A stretch of 64,000 bases of DNA, taken from contig CBDEFO010000008.1 of the NCBI GenBank assembly GCA_965237525.1, positions 1,952,001 through 2,016,000 on the forward strand, given 5' to 3'. The position numbers and the translations under genes are program-made. Shown here piece by piece: positions 40,656 to 51,716 of the stretch (positions are counted from its first letter, which is position 1; each line of letters starts with the position of its first letter). The notes beneath the pieces are model-generated. The model saw only the letters and a list, made by a program, of their open reading frames with translations, was not told where the DNA came from and did no database searches. Source of the stretch: Candidatus Latescibacterota bacterium (GTDB lineage: Bacteria > Latescibacterota > CBDEFO01).

Positions 40656-41568
40656 ATGAAGAGACGCCTGAATGTCGTAGACTACAACATGGACTGGTGG
40701 CTCAAGGAGTACAATCTTAACGAGCGGGGGAGCCCCGGCGGGGTGACGACCCCCGGAGGGGTGACGCGAGAAGAAGCGATTGCGTACTGCGGCACGCTGG
40801 AAGTCGGAGGCATCGAAGTAATGCACGCCTACTGGCAGGACTCTACGCCTGAGTATGTCGTCGGGCTGGCGGAGGACGCCGGGATCCCTATCAGGACCTA
40901 TATCTTCTCCTGTGACCTTGCCGTGCCGCCCGACGAGCGAGACCGTTCGGTTGATCAGGCAAAATGGATGATAGATCGCGCTGTGGCGATGGGCGCCGGA
41001 CTGGGAATGATCATACCAGGGTTCGCCAAGAGCGAGTTTCCCATTGAAGAGCAGGTTAAATGGATGGTTGAAGGCCTGTCGCTTTGCGCCGAGCACGCCG
41101 GCAGATCGGGACTGACGCTGGCCTCGGAGAACGTAGATGACCCGCCGTCCCGTCCTCTAATGGGCCGCAGCGACCAGTGTCTGGCTATCTGCCAGCAGGT
41201 CGGTTCGCCCCACTACCGGCCTGATCTTTGACGCGGCGCCTGCCATCTACGTGGGGCAAGAGCCGGTTGAGGCACTGCTGCAGATGCTGCCTTACGTGGT
41301 TCATGTCCATCTGAAGAATATCATACGGGTTACAGACGGCCAAGAGTGGAAGCGCACCGTTCCGGACGAGCAGGGCTGCGTCTACCGCGGTGTGCTTCTG
41401 GATCAAGGCGTCGTAGATCTCCCCGCGATTCTGAAGAAACTGCGGGAGCACGACTATCAGGGCGACTTTCTCATCGAATACCAGGGCGAAGAAGACCCGC
41501 GCTGCGCGATGCGCCAGGACGTCGCCCGGGCCAGGGATCTTCTCGAAGAGGCTGGCTTTGCGAGCTGA
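40656..41568 (+). pseudogene. Sugar phosphate isomerase/epimerase, +1 frameshift at ~41220
   Basis: LASEN...; removing one C gives YRLIFD...HVHLKN...GVVDL...LIEY. Confidence 0.85.
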
Positions 41569-41890
41569 ATACGACCGCAATAGGGGGATGAGGGATGTCA
41601 AGGGAGAGGAGGACGAAGCAGAGCGAGATGCTCCCCTGACTATGTAATGGGTGCAATTGCAGGAGTCGAAACTGCCGCCGTACCGTTACTGGGTAAGACT
41701 GGATGACGAAGGAACTGCTGGAGAAGTACAAGTGATGGTTCTGCTGGTTTATCCAAAGGAAGATCGATGCGTTGTCTTCCAACAATGGCTTGAACCAGAC
41801 TGGCTTCTCCGCTGTCGCTCCGGAGCGAGCTGGCTAAGCTGATCGTTATGTGGCGAACCCAACACGTATTCACAACCCAGGAGTTCTCCG

Positions 41891-43417
41891 ATGCTTCAAA
41901 AATTCGGCACCCGTAAATGGGTCATTCCCCTGATAATTGTTTTAATCTCTGCCGGTGCTTTCGCTTGGTTCGCAAGTCGCAGGCGTTGCCCGCAGAAGAT
42001 CCTCATAGCGTCGGGAGCTCCCAAGGGAAGATATTTTGAGATGGCGATACTGATTAGAGCACTCCTGGGCAATTATGGCATAAAAGCTGAGGTACTGCCC
42101 ACAGACGGATCTGTGGAGAATCTGAAATTGCTTAAATCGCGAGGGCGTTCGACGCTTGCCCTCATGCAGTTTGACGTTGCATTTGCGGCTCACTCGGGAA
42201 TTCCTCTCTACGGCGACGATCATTCCTTCGCGATAACCCGATTGCGTAACATGCAACGCATTGCAAATTTGGGCAAGGAAAAACTCTACGTCGTGACGCA
42301 CAAAGACCTAAAACAAGCGGGAAGAAATTCCGTAAAGGAAGTCGTAAACGCCCTTAACGAAGATGACGAAATTTGTATCGGACCTGATCAAAGCGGCACG
42401 CAAGCTGTCGCCCGGTCTTTATTAGGCCAAATCAAGCTGGCCAATTCGCCACGCTACGTTACTCTGTCAGTACGTGATATGATCAGCCAATTAATATCTA
42501 ACCCAAACGGAAAGATCAAGCTGGGATTCTTTGTCACTCGGTTGCCAAGTGCCGCGTTCAAACAGATTCTCAATAACGATCAGTTCAGGATCCTTTCCAT
42601 AGATCCAGACTTGCTCTTGCATTTTGTCGACAGCGGCTACACTATAGAAACGATCTCTCCCGGTGACTGGCCTTGCGTCCCACCGGATGAAGGCGACGTT
42701 CAAACGATAGAGACATCTACGGTGCTGATGACCACAGAAGCGTTCGACTCCGACGTATATACGATCACAAAGGCAATTGTTGAAGGTGAGGTCCGCCTGA
42801 ATGTAGGGGGCCGGGAGGCCATGGTGGCGCTATTGAGCAGTCTTCCCCTGCATCCCGATGCAGAACGATACTACAAGCAAAAGCAATTGATCCCCTCGAT
42901 ATCTATATTCGAGGATTCCCCCTTATTCCAAGGCCTCGCATATATGCTTAACAACGCATGGAAATTGTTGGCCATCCTCGTGATAATGGCAGGTGGGTTG
43001 AAAGCGATCATTGAGCTAAAGCGCGCCGGCGTCGCCAATCGGTTAGGTACACAAGTTCTGGCAGTTCCGATCGGGATTGATGAACCAAATTCGGTGACGA
43101 CGCTCACAGAACTCCAGCGCCAGATCCTCGAACACGCTCAGAGAAGATGGTGGCAGTTGGGGGAGTTGGACAAGCCTCGGTGGCGCTATTTGCACGATCT
43201 GATTGTGGAGCGAATCAAATTGTCGAAAGAAAATCTCACGAGGGCTATCGCGGCTGAATGTCGTGCTGCGGCGGAAGGCGCTGACGAGGGTGGGCAAAGA
43301 CGAAGGGACCGGTTCCGATCCATCTAGGCTCGAATATCCGAATATTTCGAGAAGGGGGAGTTGGATGCGCCTCAACGCCTAATGCTTCACCAACTTGTCC
43401 AAGAAAATGCACAATAG
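41891..43417 (+). CDS. TAXI-type solute-binding domain fused to TM and a helical tail; internal TAG at 43325-43327
   Basis: IASGA.KG.Y, TDGSVENL, LPLHPDAERYY; the frame stays open for 29 codons past the TAG and repeats the GELD motif. Confidence 0.75.
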
Positions 43418-43479
43418 CCTGAAAATCTTACGCATCGACCGAAGACCAGAAGCGGCTCGCCACATAACTGAGCGGCTGC

Positions 43480-43700
43480 AGCGCACCGTTCCGGACGAGC
43501 AGGGCTGCGTCTACCGCGGTGTGCTTCTGGATCAAGGCGTCGTAGATCTCTTGGAGATTCTGAAGAAACTGCGGGAGTACGACTATCAGGGCGACTTTCT
43601 CATCGAATACCAGGGCGAAGAAGACCCGCGCTACGCGATGCGCCAGGACGTTGCTCATGCTAGGGGCCTTCTGGAAGAGGCTGGGTTTGATGATCGATAG
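43480..43700 (+). pseudogene. Duplicated 3' end of the 40656-41568 isomerase gene
   Basis: 43480-43689 vs 41351-41560, about 15 mismatches in 210 bp. Confidence 0.95.
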
Positions 43701-43701
43701 T

Positions 43702-43808
43702 CAGACAATCCCTGGCAAGGTCCCTCTTCCGCACCTGCTCCAACCTTTTTTTCACAAATGACCAGAAAGTATCCAGCTCTACCGTCGTCAACTGCAGATC
43801 GTGGACTG
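43702..43808 (-). pseudogene. IS1-like transposase remnant
   Basis: VHDLQLTTVELDTFWSFVKKR resembles the IS1-family 'E.DE.WSFV.KK' motif. Confidence 0.5.
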
Positions 43809-43826
43809 GTAGGAGGTAATACGACA

Positions 43827-45489
43827 ATGAAGAGAGCGCTCTTGATGATCGGGGGAGAGTATCATCTGTTTGAAAGCTGCGGTCAGATCCTGGCCGAGCG
43901 CTTGCAACAGACAGGGTGCCTGCCACCTCACGATCACGAGCGATCGACGGGCTCTGACAGCCCTCTCATCTTACGATCTAGTGATTGTCTACACACAGGG
44001 CGGCACATTGACTGAGGAACAGGAAGATGATCTGTGCGGATTCGTCGAATCCGGGGGCGGGCTTATCGGGATTCACTGTGCATCTGACTCATTCCTCTGT
44101 AATGAGCGCTACTTGGAGATGCTTGGCTGTCGCTTTATTACCCACCCGCGCATCACTGAATTTGAGATAAAGATCGTCGATCACGATCACGATATCACCC
44201 GTCGTTGTCCCGACTTTCGTGTGACGGATGAGTTCTATATGCTGGAGATGAAAGGAGCGCCTGTGCACCTCCTGGCCAGCGCGAAGTGGCAGTTCGAGAC
44301 ACATCCTATGGCCTACGCAAAACAGTATGGTCAGGGTCACGTCTTTTATGTGGCCGCAGGCCACGATGAGCGCACCTTTGGCCACTCGACGTTCCAGAAG
44401 CTTCTCTTTCGAGCGGTGCGTTGGGTCACTCTACAGCCGGAGGGTCGTCCGGTGCGATGTGCCATTGTGGGCTATGGAGAAACCGTCGTGGGCGGGCAAA
44501 CCTACTATTGGCCAAAACGCTACCACGCCGATGCTATCCGCAAGGTGCCAGGGTCAATCCTGGCCGGTATCTGTGACACTAACCCTGCCCGCCTCGATGC
44601 TGCGCGGCAAGAGTTTCCGGATGTGGTGACGTTTTCTTCTGTGGAGGACACGATCGCTGCGGATGGCGTGGATTTGTGCGTCGTTGCCACACCTCATCAC
44701 CTACACGGGCCCATTGCCCTGCAGTTGCTTGAGGCCGGCAAACATGTCGTCTGTGAGAAACCGTTTTGCCTTACAACAGCCGAAGCGGATGCCATGATTC
44801 AGGCAGCGCGTGCAAATGGTGTGATGCTCTCTGCATACCATAACAGACGTTGGGATGGGGACTTTATGCGCATACGGGAGATCGTTCAGAGCGGGATGAT
44901 CGGCGATATCTTCCATATTGAAGCCTTCGCTCCGATCACAAATAGATCATTTGAGCATCCCGGTCATCTGTGGCGGTCTCATAAGCCAATCTCTGGGGGT
45001 GCGCTGTACGATTGGGGCTCACATTTTCTGGATTGGATCCTGCTGCTGCTCATGCCGTGGGAGATCGAGAATGTGCTTGGCATAGTGCACAAGCGTGTCT
45101 GGACCGACGTCACCATCGAGGATCAAGTCCAGGTAATCGTCCGCTTTGAAGGTGGCCGCAATGCCGATCTCCAACTATCGGACATTGCTGCTGTCCATAA
45201 GCCCAAGTGGCGCATTCTGGGCACACGCGGAGGAATCCTGGTCGATGAATATGGTGGTGACGCCACCGTTAGGGTGAGTTCCTTCACGAATGATATGCTG
45301 GATGAACAGGTGCTGCAGGTTCCGGAGCGGCGATGGGAATCATACTATGAGAACATCGCTGATCATCTTCTAAGCGGCGAGCCATTGATTGTCACGCCGG
45401 AGGCTGCCCGCCGGGTTATCGCCGTTATAGAAGCAGCCATGCGGTCGGCAGAGAGCGGGCAACTGGAACCGGTAGCTGACGAAATCTAG
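43827..45489 (+). pseudogene. ThuA-like plus Gfo/Idh/MocA oxidoreductase fusion, +1 frameshift at ~43915
   Basis: RBS aggagg; GGGLIGIHCASD, DEFY, GHD (ThuA); AGKHVVCEKP, HNRRWD, DWGSH (Gfo). Confidence 0.85.
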
Positions 45490-45560
45490 ATTGACCCTAA
45501 AATCGGGGGATCAGGGATGTCAAGGGAGAAAGGCATAAACCAGGCAAGACACCTTTATTC

Positions 45561-45693
45561 TTATTTAGCTAAGGACATCTCAGGAGAGGGGAACTGCGGC
45601 ATTTCCCAACTAATCTGTGATAGGATTTCATGGCATCTCTGGATTCCCGTTTGCACGGGAATGACAATCATTCATGAAATTGCCGCGCTTCCT
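45561..45693 (+). mobile_element. ~133-bp MITE/REP element (ggattcccg..cgggaatgac hairpin); copies at 47236-47368, 47371-47400 (partial), 49707-49805 (partial)
   Basis: Shared ttatttagctaaggac.tctcaggagaggggaactgcggcatttc...ga.attg.cgcgcttcct with an imperfect IR. Confidence 0.8.
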
Positions 45694-45758
45694 GAAATTG
45701 AGGGGACTTCTTTCTCATCTCTTCAAACATCTCCATGTTTTCCACATCTTCTATCCGC

Positions 45759-45854
45759 TCTAACATCTGCCTGTGCTCGCGTATGTGACACTTAAAATAT
45801 GACAGTCCCCGGCCTGGGGACCGGCGTTATAAGCTGACCGCAGGCAGCGGAGAT
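45759..45854 (-). repeat. Duplicated rlmN 3' end and trailer
   Basis: 96 bp matching 49807-49902 with ~8 mismatches. Confidence 0.95.
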
Positions 45855-45981
45855 TATCGCGTTCTGCCGAGAACATCTGGCTCACTTCAAATGCCCGGAT
45901 GCCGTGGAGTTCGGTGAACTGCCTAAAACCTCCACTGGCAAAGTACAGAAATACGTGTTACGCGAGAAACGAATCAACTAA
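45844..45981 (+). pseudogene. C-terminal fragment of an acyl-CoA synthetase
   Basis: AAEIIAFCREHLAHFKCPDAVEFGELPKTSTGKVQKYVLRE (A10 PKT.TGK motif). Confidence 0.9.
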
Positions 45982-46056
45982 TTCGGCTTGCGGAGTACTC
46001 TCTGGCTGCCATTTCTATTGGCATTTCTATTTTGCGAACCGACATTGGAGGACGTG

Positions 46057-47226
46057 ATGTATACAGGTTTCGATTTCTATAAACTGGATAGCCAGCTAAG
46101 CGAAGAACAGCGCCATCTACGCAATCAGGTGCAGACGTACGTTGAGCATCACGTGCATCCCTATATCAATCCATATTGGGAGCGGGCTGAGTTTCCCTAC
46201 GAAATCGTCATGGGTTTGAAAGACCTACGTATTATGGGTGGAGCCCTAAAAGGGTATGGTTGCGCCGGTCTCGATTCACTGGCAATGGGATTGGTCGCGT
46301 GTGAACTGGCCAGGAGAGATGGTTCAGTTTGTACCTTCTATATCGTCCACTCGGGGTTGGCCATGGGATCTATTGGGTTACTAGGTTCTGAGGAACAGCG
46401 TGAGCGCTGGCTACCCAAAATGGCACTATTAGAAAAAATCGGTGGGTTCGGACTGACCGAGCCTGAGCGTGGCTCCGACGGTTCTCATGTGCTAACCTCC
46501 GCTCGCCGTGAGGGAAAGAACTATATCCTGAATGGGGCCAAGTGCTGGATTGGCAATGCTTCTATTGCTGACTTGATTATCATCTGGGCCAGAGATGAGG
46601 AAGGCGGGTTCGGCGGTTTTGTCCTTGAGAATCCTCGTGAAGTCGAGGGGGTAAAGATCGAGGATATTACCGGTAAGATCACCATGCGTGCGGTTCCCAC
46701 TTCCCACATCACACTTGAAAACGTCCGGATTCCCGACGCCAATCGGTTGGCTGGGAGCCACTCCTGTCGCGACACAGCCAGGGTGCTCACTTACAATCGC
46801 TATGCGGTTGTCTGGGAAGCCCTTGGGTTAGCCGCAGCCGCCTTTGAACGGGCGTTAAAGTATACCAAAGAACGAGAGCAGTTCGGACGACCACTTGCCG
46901 GCTTCCAACTAATCGAGGAGAAGCTGGTAGAAATGGCCGCTGAACTAACTCAGATGCAATTACTGTGTTTTCAACTTGCACGGCTTATGGCAACCGATCA
47001 GATGAGCGAGGGCATGGTATCTCTGGCTAAGTACAACAATGCCCGAAAAGCTCGCCACATTGTTCAGCTGGCTCGGGAAGCCATGGGAGCAAGCGGCGTG
47101 CTCCTCGAAAATCACGTTGCTCGTTTCTTTACCGATGCCGAGGCTATTTACACCTACGAAGGCACCAATGAGATTAACATGCTTATTGCTGGCCGCGAAA
47201 TTACAGGGATAAATGCAATCGTCTGA
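46057..47226 (+). CDS. Acyl-CoA dehydrogenase (glutaryl-CoA DH/ACX4-like)
   Basis: FGLTEP..GSD, LNGAKCWIGN, REQFGRPLAGFQ, TYEGT. Confidence 0.95.
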   Translation: MYTGFDFYKLDSQLSEEQRHLRNQVQTYVEHHVHPYINPYWERAEFPYEIVMGLKDLRIMGGALKGYGCAGLDSLAMGLVACELARRDGSVCTFYIVHSGLAMGSIGLLGSEEQRERWLPKMALLEKIGGFGLTEPERGSDGSHVLTSARREGKNYILNGAKCWIGNASIADLIIIWARDEEGGFGGFVLENPREVEGVKIEDITGKITMRAVPTSHITLENVRIPDANRLAGSHSCRDTARVLTYNRYAVVWEALGLAAAAFERALKYTKEREQFGRPLAGFQLIEEKLVEMAAELTQMQLLCFQLARLMATDQMSEGMVSLAKYNNARKARHIVQLAREAMGASGVLLENHVARFFTDAEAIYTYEGTNEINMLIAGREITGINAIV

Positions 47227-47421
47227 TCAGTGAAGTTATTTAGCTAAGGACGTCTCAGGAGAGGGGAACTGCGGCATTTCGCAACTAACAGGTAATAGGG
47301 TTTCATGGCATCCCTGGATTCCCGTGGAAACGGGAATGACATGCGTTCATGAGATTGTCGCGCTTCCTGTCAGGAGAGGGGAACTGCCACTTTTTCCAAT
47401 TAGAGTATGACAGTTAAAATA

Positions 47422-49601
47422 TCACAGTTTATCCTCCCTTACATAGTGGAGGGCTTGATGCCAGTAGAGTGTTGCTCTACCCAAAAATGCGAGTACCATT
47501 ATTAGAGATAGTGAAGCGAAGATCAAGTTTATATGGATTGATGGTTTAACTGTAGATACAATTGCTCCGAAAATTGTGAATGAAACTGAATAAGAGGCAC
47601 ACCAAACAGGATTGAGCCACGCGTACCGCTTCAGTGCATTAAGAATACCTTCGTTATCATCTTCTTCCCTAGCAGCACTTCGACGCATATTTATGAAAGC
47701 GATCATACCTGAAAAGCTCATAAATGCCATAGTAAAAAACCAAGCTTGTAGATCCAAATTAATTGAACGGATCAATAGCAGTTCGGTTGCTCCAAGAATG
47801 AAGGGAATAATAGAGTCTTTGAGGGTTGGAATCCAAACGAATATGGTGGATCCCATCCTATATTCATCCCAAACGTTTACTAATACTAGAAACGTTGTAG
47901 CAACTAAAATCCATTCGATTATTCGAAGGCATTTTAGGTTTTCATCAACATGTGTAACGAGGTAACCCAGGGTGGCAGCTTGGATAATACTTATTAATGT
48001 TAAGTATGTAGATGAAAATGAAGCCCGAAGTAATTTAAGAGTTCTCTCCTTATTAGAAGCCTTGTGAAATAGTTATGTCCCAGGCAGCGTCTGAAGCGCC
48101 GATTATGGGTCAAAGAGTAGCATATCGTATCGTTTTGCTGTGGAATAAGCAAAATAGTCTTATCAGAGTTCTGGTCAGCAAGGAATAGGAGCTGTTTGAA
48201 GAACAGGATGCACTGTCTTTGACAGACAGGGCACACATAGACGCTTTCCCCCTTCTTATGAAAGATACAAGCCTCTTGAGATTCTGTACTGTTGCAACAA
48301 GATTCAACTGTTCATTCAGTGAGGCTGGTCCTCTATAACGGGCTCGTCCCATACCGTGTTGTTGCCTGGCTTCAGCAAAGATATGTTCACTGCGTTTACG
48401 GAGTCTCCGGGAGAGTTTGTAGTCAGCTGTTAATGAGATAGACCGTGCATGATTTCTGGCTTTCGCCTCTCGCACTTTTCTATCCCGTTCGGCCTGAATA
48501 TGTGCTGGATTTGTCTTGTTTTTCCATGTAGGAATCGGTTCAATCTTCTCATCGGCTCGCAGAGGAATATGGGGTATGATTCCCCGGTCAAGTACATCAG
48601 CGATAAAATTACCAGAACCGTAACCGGTATCGGCACTAAGTGTCTGAATGTCTTTGGGCATGGTGTATGTTTCAAGGTCATCTACCATCTTAAGGGCACT
48701 TTCGGGCTCTGCTGTCCCTGTCGCCTGCGTGCCCTGAGTCTCAAGGATTACTCTGCTTTTTGTGTCGATCAGATCATGGCCCATAAACGAGAGAAAAGCC
48801 CCTTTGCCCTTCGATTTGCTGTATAAGCGCGCGTCGGGGTCTGTAGTCGAACGGTGTGTTTGGTTCGTCCACTTTTCACCATGAAAGTCTTTATCCTGAG
48901 GATGCCCGGACCTACCCTTTGTCTTATCACCTTCAAAACCGATTCCCTTGAGATAATCATCAAGAGAAACAGGGGGTTCTATCGGCTCAATACTTTTCAC
49001 TGAAGCATCAGCTTGTATCTGAGTGCCGTCGACACTAAGGTGTTTACCGCTCACAAGACCGACATCTATGCAACACTGGACTACCTGACGCATTATCCGT
49101 TCAAACAACCCACTGGATGCCCACTTGTGATTGCGAAGCTTGTTGATCGTGCTCCTATCCGGAACCGCATCCTCAAATGTCTGATGACAAAACAACCGAT
49201 ATGCCGCATGCATCCCCACTTCCTGACAGAGCCGATTCTCACTCAAATTATACAGATAGCCAATAAGGATCATTCGAACAACTAATTCAGGATCAATACC
49301 GGGTCTGCCATTGTCAGGGCAATAACAATCTGATACAACGTCTCGTACAAATGAAAAATCAACTGCCTCATCAATCTGACGAAGGATATGATCCTCGGGA
49401 ACTAAATCCTCCATCTGAAAATAGTGAAACATCGGATTTGTCTGTTCCTGCTTTTGTGGGGTCATTGTTTCCTCCATGTATAATATTATCAATAACATAA
49501 TATAATACATCGGAGCTGCTTTATCAATACTTGTTCTATACTACTTTCTGAATCTAAGGGTTTTTCACAAGGCTTTTAGAGACTTTAAAATTGTCCTTCA
49601 T
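47422..49601 (-). pseudogene. Polytopic membrane protein interrupted at codon 8-9 by IS1182 copy 1
   Basis: Removing the IS and one ttag restores MKDNFKVSNKERTLKLLRASFSSTYLTLISIIQA...EYRMGSTIF in frame, with RBS ggagg. Confidence 0.85.
48057..49575 (-). mobile_element. IS1182-family element, copy 1 (1519 bp)
   Basis: 13-bp IR aagccttgtgaaa; TSD ttag; transposase 48110-49465 with VPEDH.LR, GRPGIDP, VDGT, TTDPDA, ADTGYG, EHIFAE. Confidence 0.95.
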
Positions 49602-49839
49602 AGCATACCTCCAGAAGTTTGGTATGATATATCTTATGAGCGGCCAGGGATGGCGAGACAGAGGAAGACAAGCCAGCGCAACATGCCTTCATGTTTAGGT
49701 ACTTGAGGACATTTGAGGAGAGGGGAACTGCCGCATTTGCTAACTAACAGGTAATAGGGTTTCCTGGCGTCCCTGGATTCCCGTTTTCACGGGAATGACA
49801 TTCATTTCTAACATCTCCTTGTGCTCACGTATATGACAC

Positions 49840-50934
49840 TTAAAATATGACAGTCCCTGGCCTGGGGACCGGTGTTACGAGCTGACCGCAGGCAGCGGAG
49901 ATGTCTCTACCCTTACTCTCTCTGAGTGTGGCTGTTATATGGCTGGCAATCAATATCTCCCGAAAGCTCTCTATCCGCTCTCTGGAAGGGCGTTCAAATT
50001 CAGCTTCAAGGTCGGGGTTATAAGGTATGAGGTTCACTTTGGACGGAAGACTCTTGACTAATTTAGCCAGCCTTCTGGCGTCGTCGTCAGAGTCCGTCTC
50101 TCCTTTTATAAGGACGTACTCAAATGTGATCCAGCGCCCGGTCTTGTGGGCAAACTCCCTCCCAGCGTTGATAAGCTCCTGGATAGGATATTTGCCGTTG
50201 ATCGGCATCAGCCTTTCCCTGTTCTTATCCGTAGTCCCGTTCAGGGATATGGCGAGGCCTACCTTGAGCCCTTCGTCTCTGAGCCGATCTATGCCGGGCA
50301 CAAATCCGGCTGTGGAGACGGTTATCTTGCGAGCGCCAATCCCGAGTCCCATCTCCAGACCCATGAGCCTTATCGCCCTGACCACGTTCTTGTAGTTCAA
50401 GAGCGGCTCTCCCATACCCATCATCACCACGTTGGTGATGCCGTCGTCTATCTCTTGCTGATGCCTCCTGACGGATATGAGCTGATCTATAATCTCTGCA
50501 GCAGAGAGGTTCCTTACCAGCCCCATCCTTGCGGTCGAACAGAATGTGCATCCCAGAGCACACCCGACCTGAGAGGATACGCAGACTGTCCTGCGTTTCC
50601 CCTCGATGATCAGGACGCTCTCTATCGTGAGTCCATCCTCAAGTTGGAAGAGGAACTTTACGGTCTTACCGTCGGACGATGTCTGCCTTTCGATCTCTTT
50701 CAGACTGCTCACAGTCGCAATCTCTCGCAACTTATGTCTGAACTCTTTGGAGAGGTCGGTCATCAGGTCAAAGTCAGCCGCGCCTTTGTCGTGTATCCAC
50801 GCAAGGAGCTGCTTGTGCCTGTACTCCTCCTTACCAAGCAGGGCAATAAAAGCTCTCAACTCATCGGGCAGCAGACCCTTGAGATCTACTCGTGTGTCAG
50901 AGTTGGTATTGTGCTTCACAGGAGAAAGTTTCAT
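49840..50934 (-). CDS. rlmN: Dual-specificity RNA methyltransferase RlmN
   Basis: CVSSQVGCALGCTFC, MGMGEPL, NLIPYN, DISAACGQL. Confidence 0.97.
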   Translation of the reverse strand: MKLSPVKHNTNSDTRVDLKGLLPDELRAFIALLGKEEYRHKQLLAWIHDKGAADFDLMTDLSKEFRHKLREIATVSSLKEIERQTSSDGKTVKFLFQLEDGLTIESVLIIEGKRRTVCVSSQVGCALGCTFCSTARMGLVRNLSAAEIIDQLISVRRHQQEIDDGITNVVMMGMGEPLLNYKNVVRAIRLMGLEMGLGIGARKITVSTAGFVPGIDRLRDEGLKVGLAISLNGTTDKNRERLMPINGKYPIQELINAGREFAHKTGRWITFEYVLIKGETDSDDDARRLAKLVKSLPSKVNLIPYNPDLEAEFERPSRERIESFREILIASHITATLRESKGRDISAACGQLVTPVPRPGTVIF

Positions 50935-51101
50935 TTGTATTACCTTTGTATTACCTTACCGAAAAAGTTAGCTTCGAATGTGCACTATATCTTCCGCTCT
51001 AACGACAGCAGGTGAAATCTGTAGATCCTGACATACCATATTAACAGATGGCGCCAAACCCAGAAAACGTTTCGGCCGTGAAGGTCGTGTGGATCGTTCT
51101 C

Positions 51102-51473
51102 TCAGGGTCGAGTGGAGCGATTCAACAACACTGATACGTTATCGCTTTCCAGGTTGGACACAGTTAGGTCATTGTCGCCGTCACCATCGAAATCTGCGAT
51201 GAATACTGATGTGGGATTGAGTCCAGCATCGTAGTCCACCTTGGGGGCAAATGTACCGTCTCCATTATTCATCAGCACAGACACATTATGGCTGTACCGG
51301 TTAGCCACAGCCAGGTCATTGTCTCCGTCACCATCGAAATCTGCGATGAATACTGAATGCGGGTCATCCCCTACGGGATAGTTGGTCGAGATTCAGAAAA
51401 GGTCCTTTGTATAGGAAGGAGAATTCAAAGCGGCCAGCAGTGTCACGGCAATGTACACGGCTTTAGATCTCAT
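51102..51473 (-). pseudogene. Short FG-GAP gene (signal peptide plus 2 repeats) with an in-frame TGA
   Basis: MRSKAVYIAVTLLAALNSPSYTKDLF*ISTNYPVGDDPHSVFIADFDGDG...; 3' part parallels 56837-57092. Confidence 0.8.
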
Positions 51474-51621
51474 TTTGGTCCTTCTTTCTTTGGTTGCTTA
51501 AACTGGAGGTCCCTAACTCCATAGAAATCTCTTGCCATGATCGTCTGTCATAGACCACACAACATAGTGTTATGTTTCTATATAAGGGCACTTATCATAT
51601 ATAGATGGTACCCAACAAATT

Positions 51622-51652
51622 GGCCCTTCCGCTAGTGGAAGGGCCTTGTTTT
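51622..51652 (+). terminator. Putative intrinsic terminator
   Basis: ggcccttccgc-ta-gtggaagggcc followed by ttgtttt. Confidence 0.55.
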
Positions 51653-51716
51653 ACCCACTTGGTGCTTGTTTATCTACTGTTGTGGTCTTCTATCTTCTAT
51701 GTTCTTCTTTTCTTAG

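Noticed and set aside
51390..51398. Selenocysteine recoding of the in-frame TGA
   Set aside because: Not a Cys-equivalent catalytic position and no evident SECIS; a nonsense mutation is simpler.
51550..51610. NrdR boxes
   Set aside because: Poor fit to the 16-bp consensus and no ribonucleotide reductase gene nearby.
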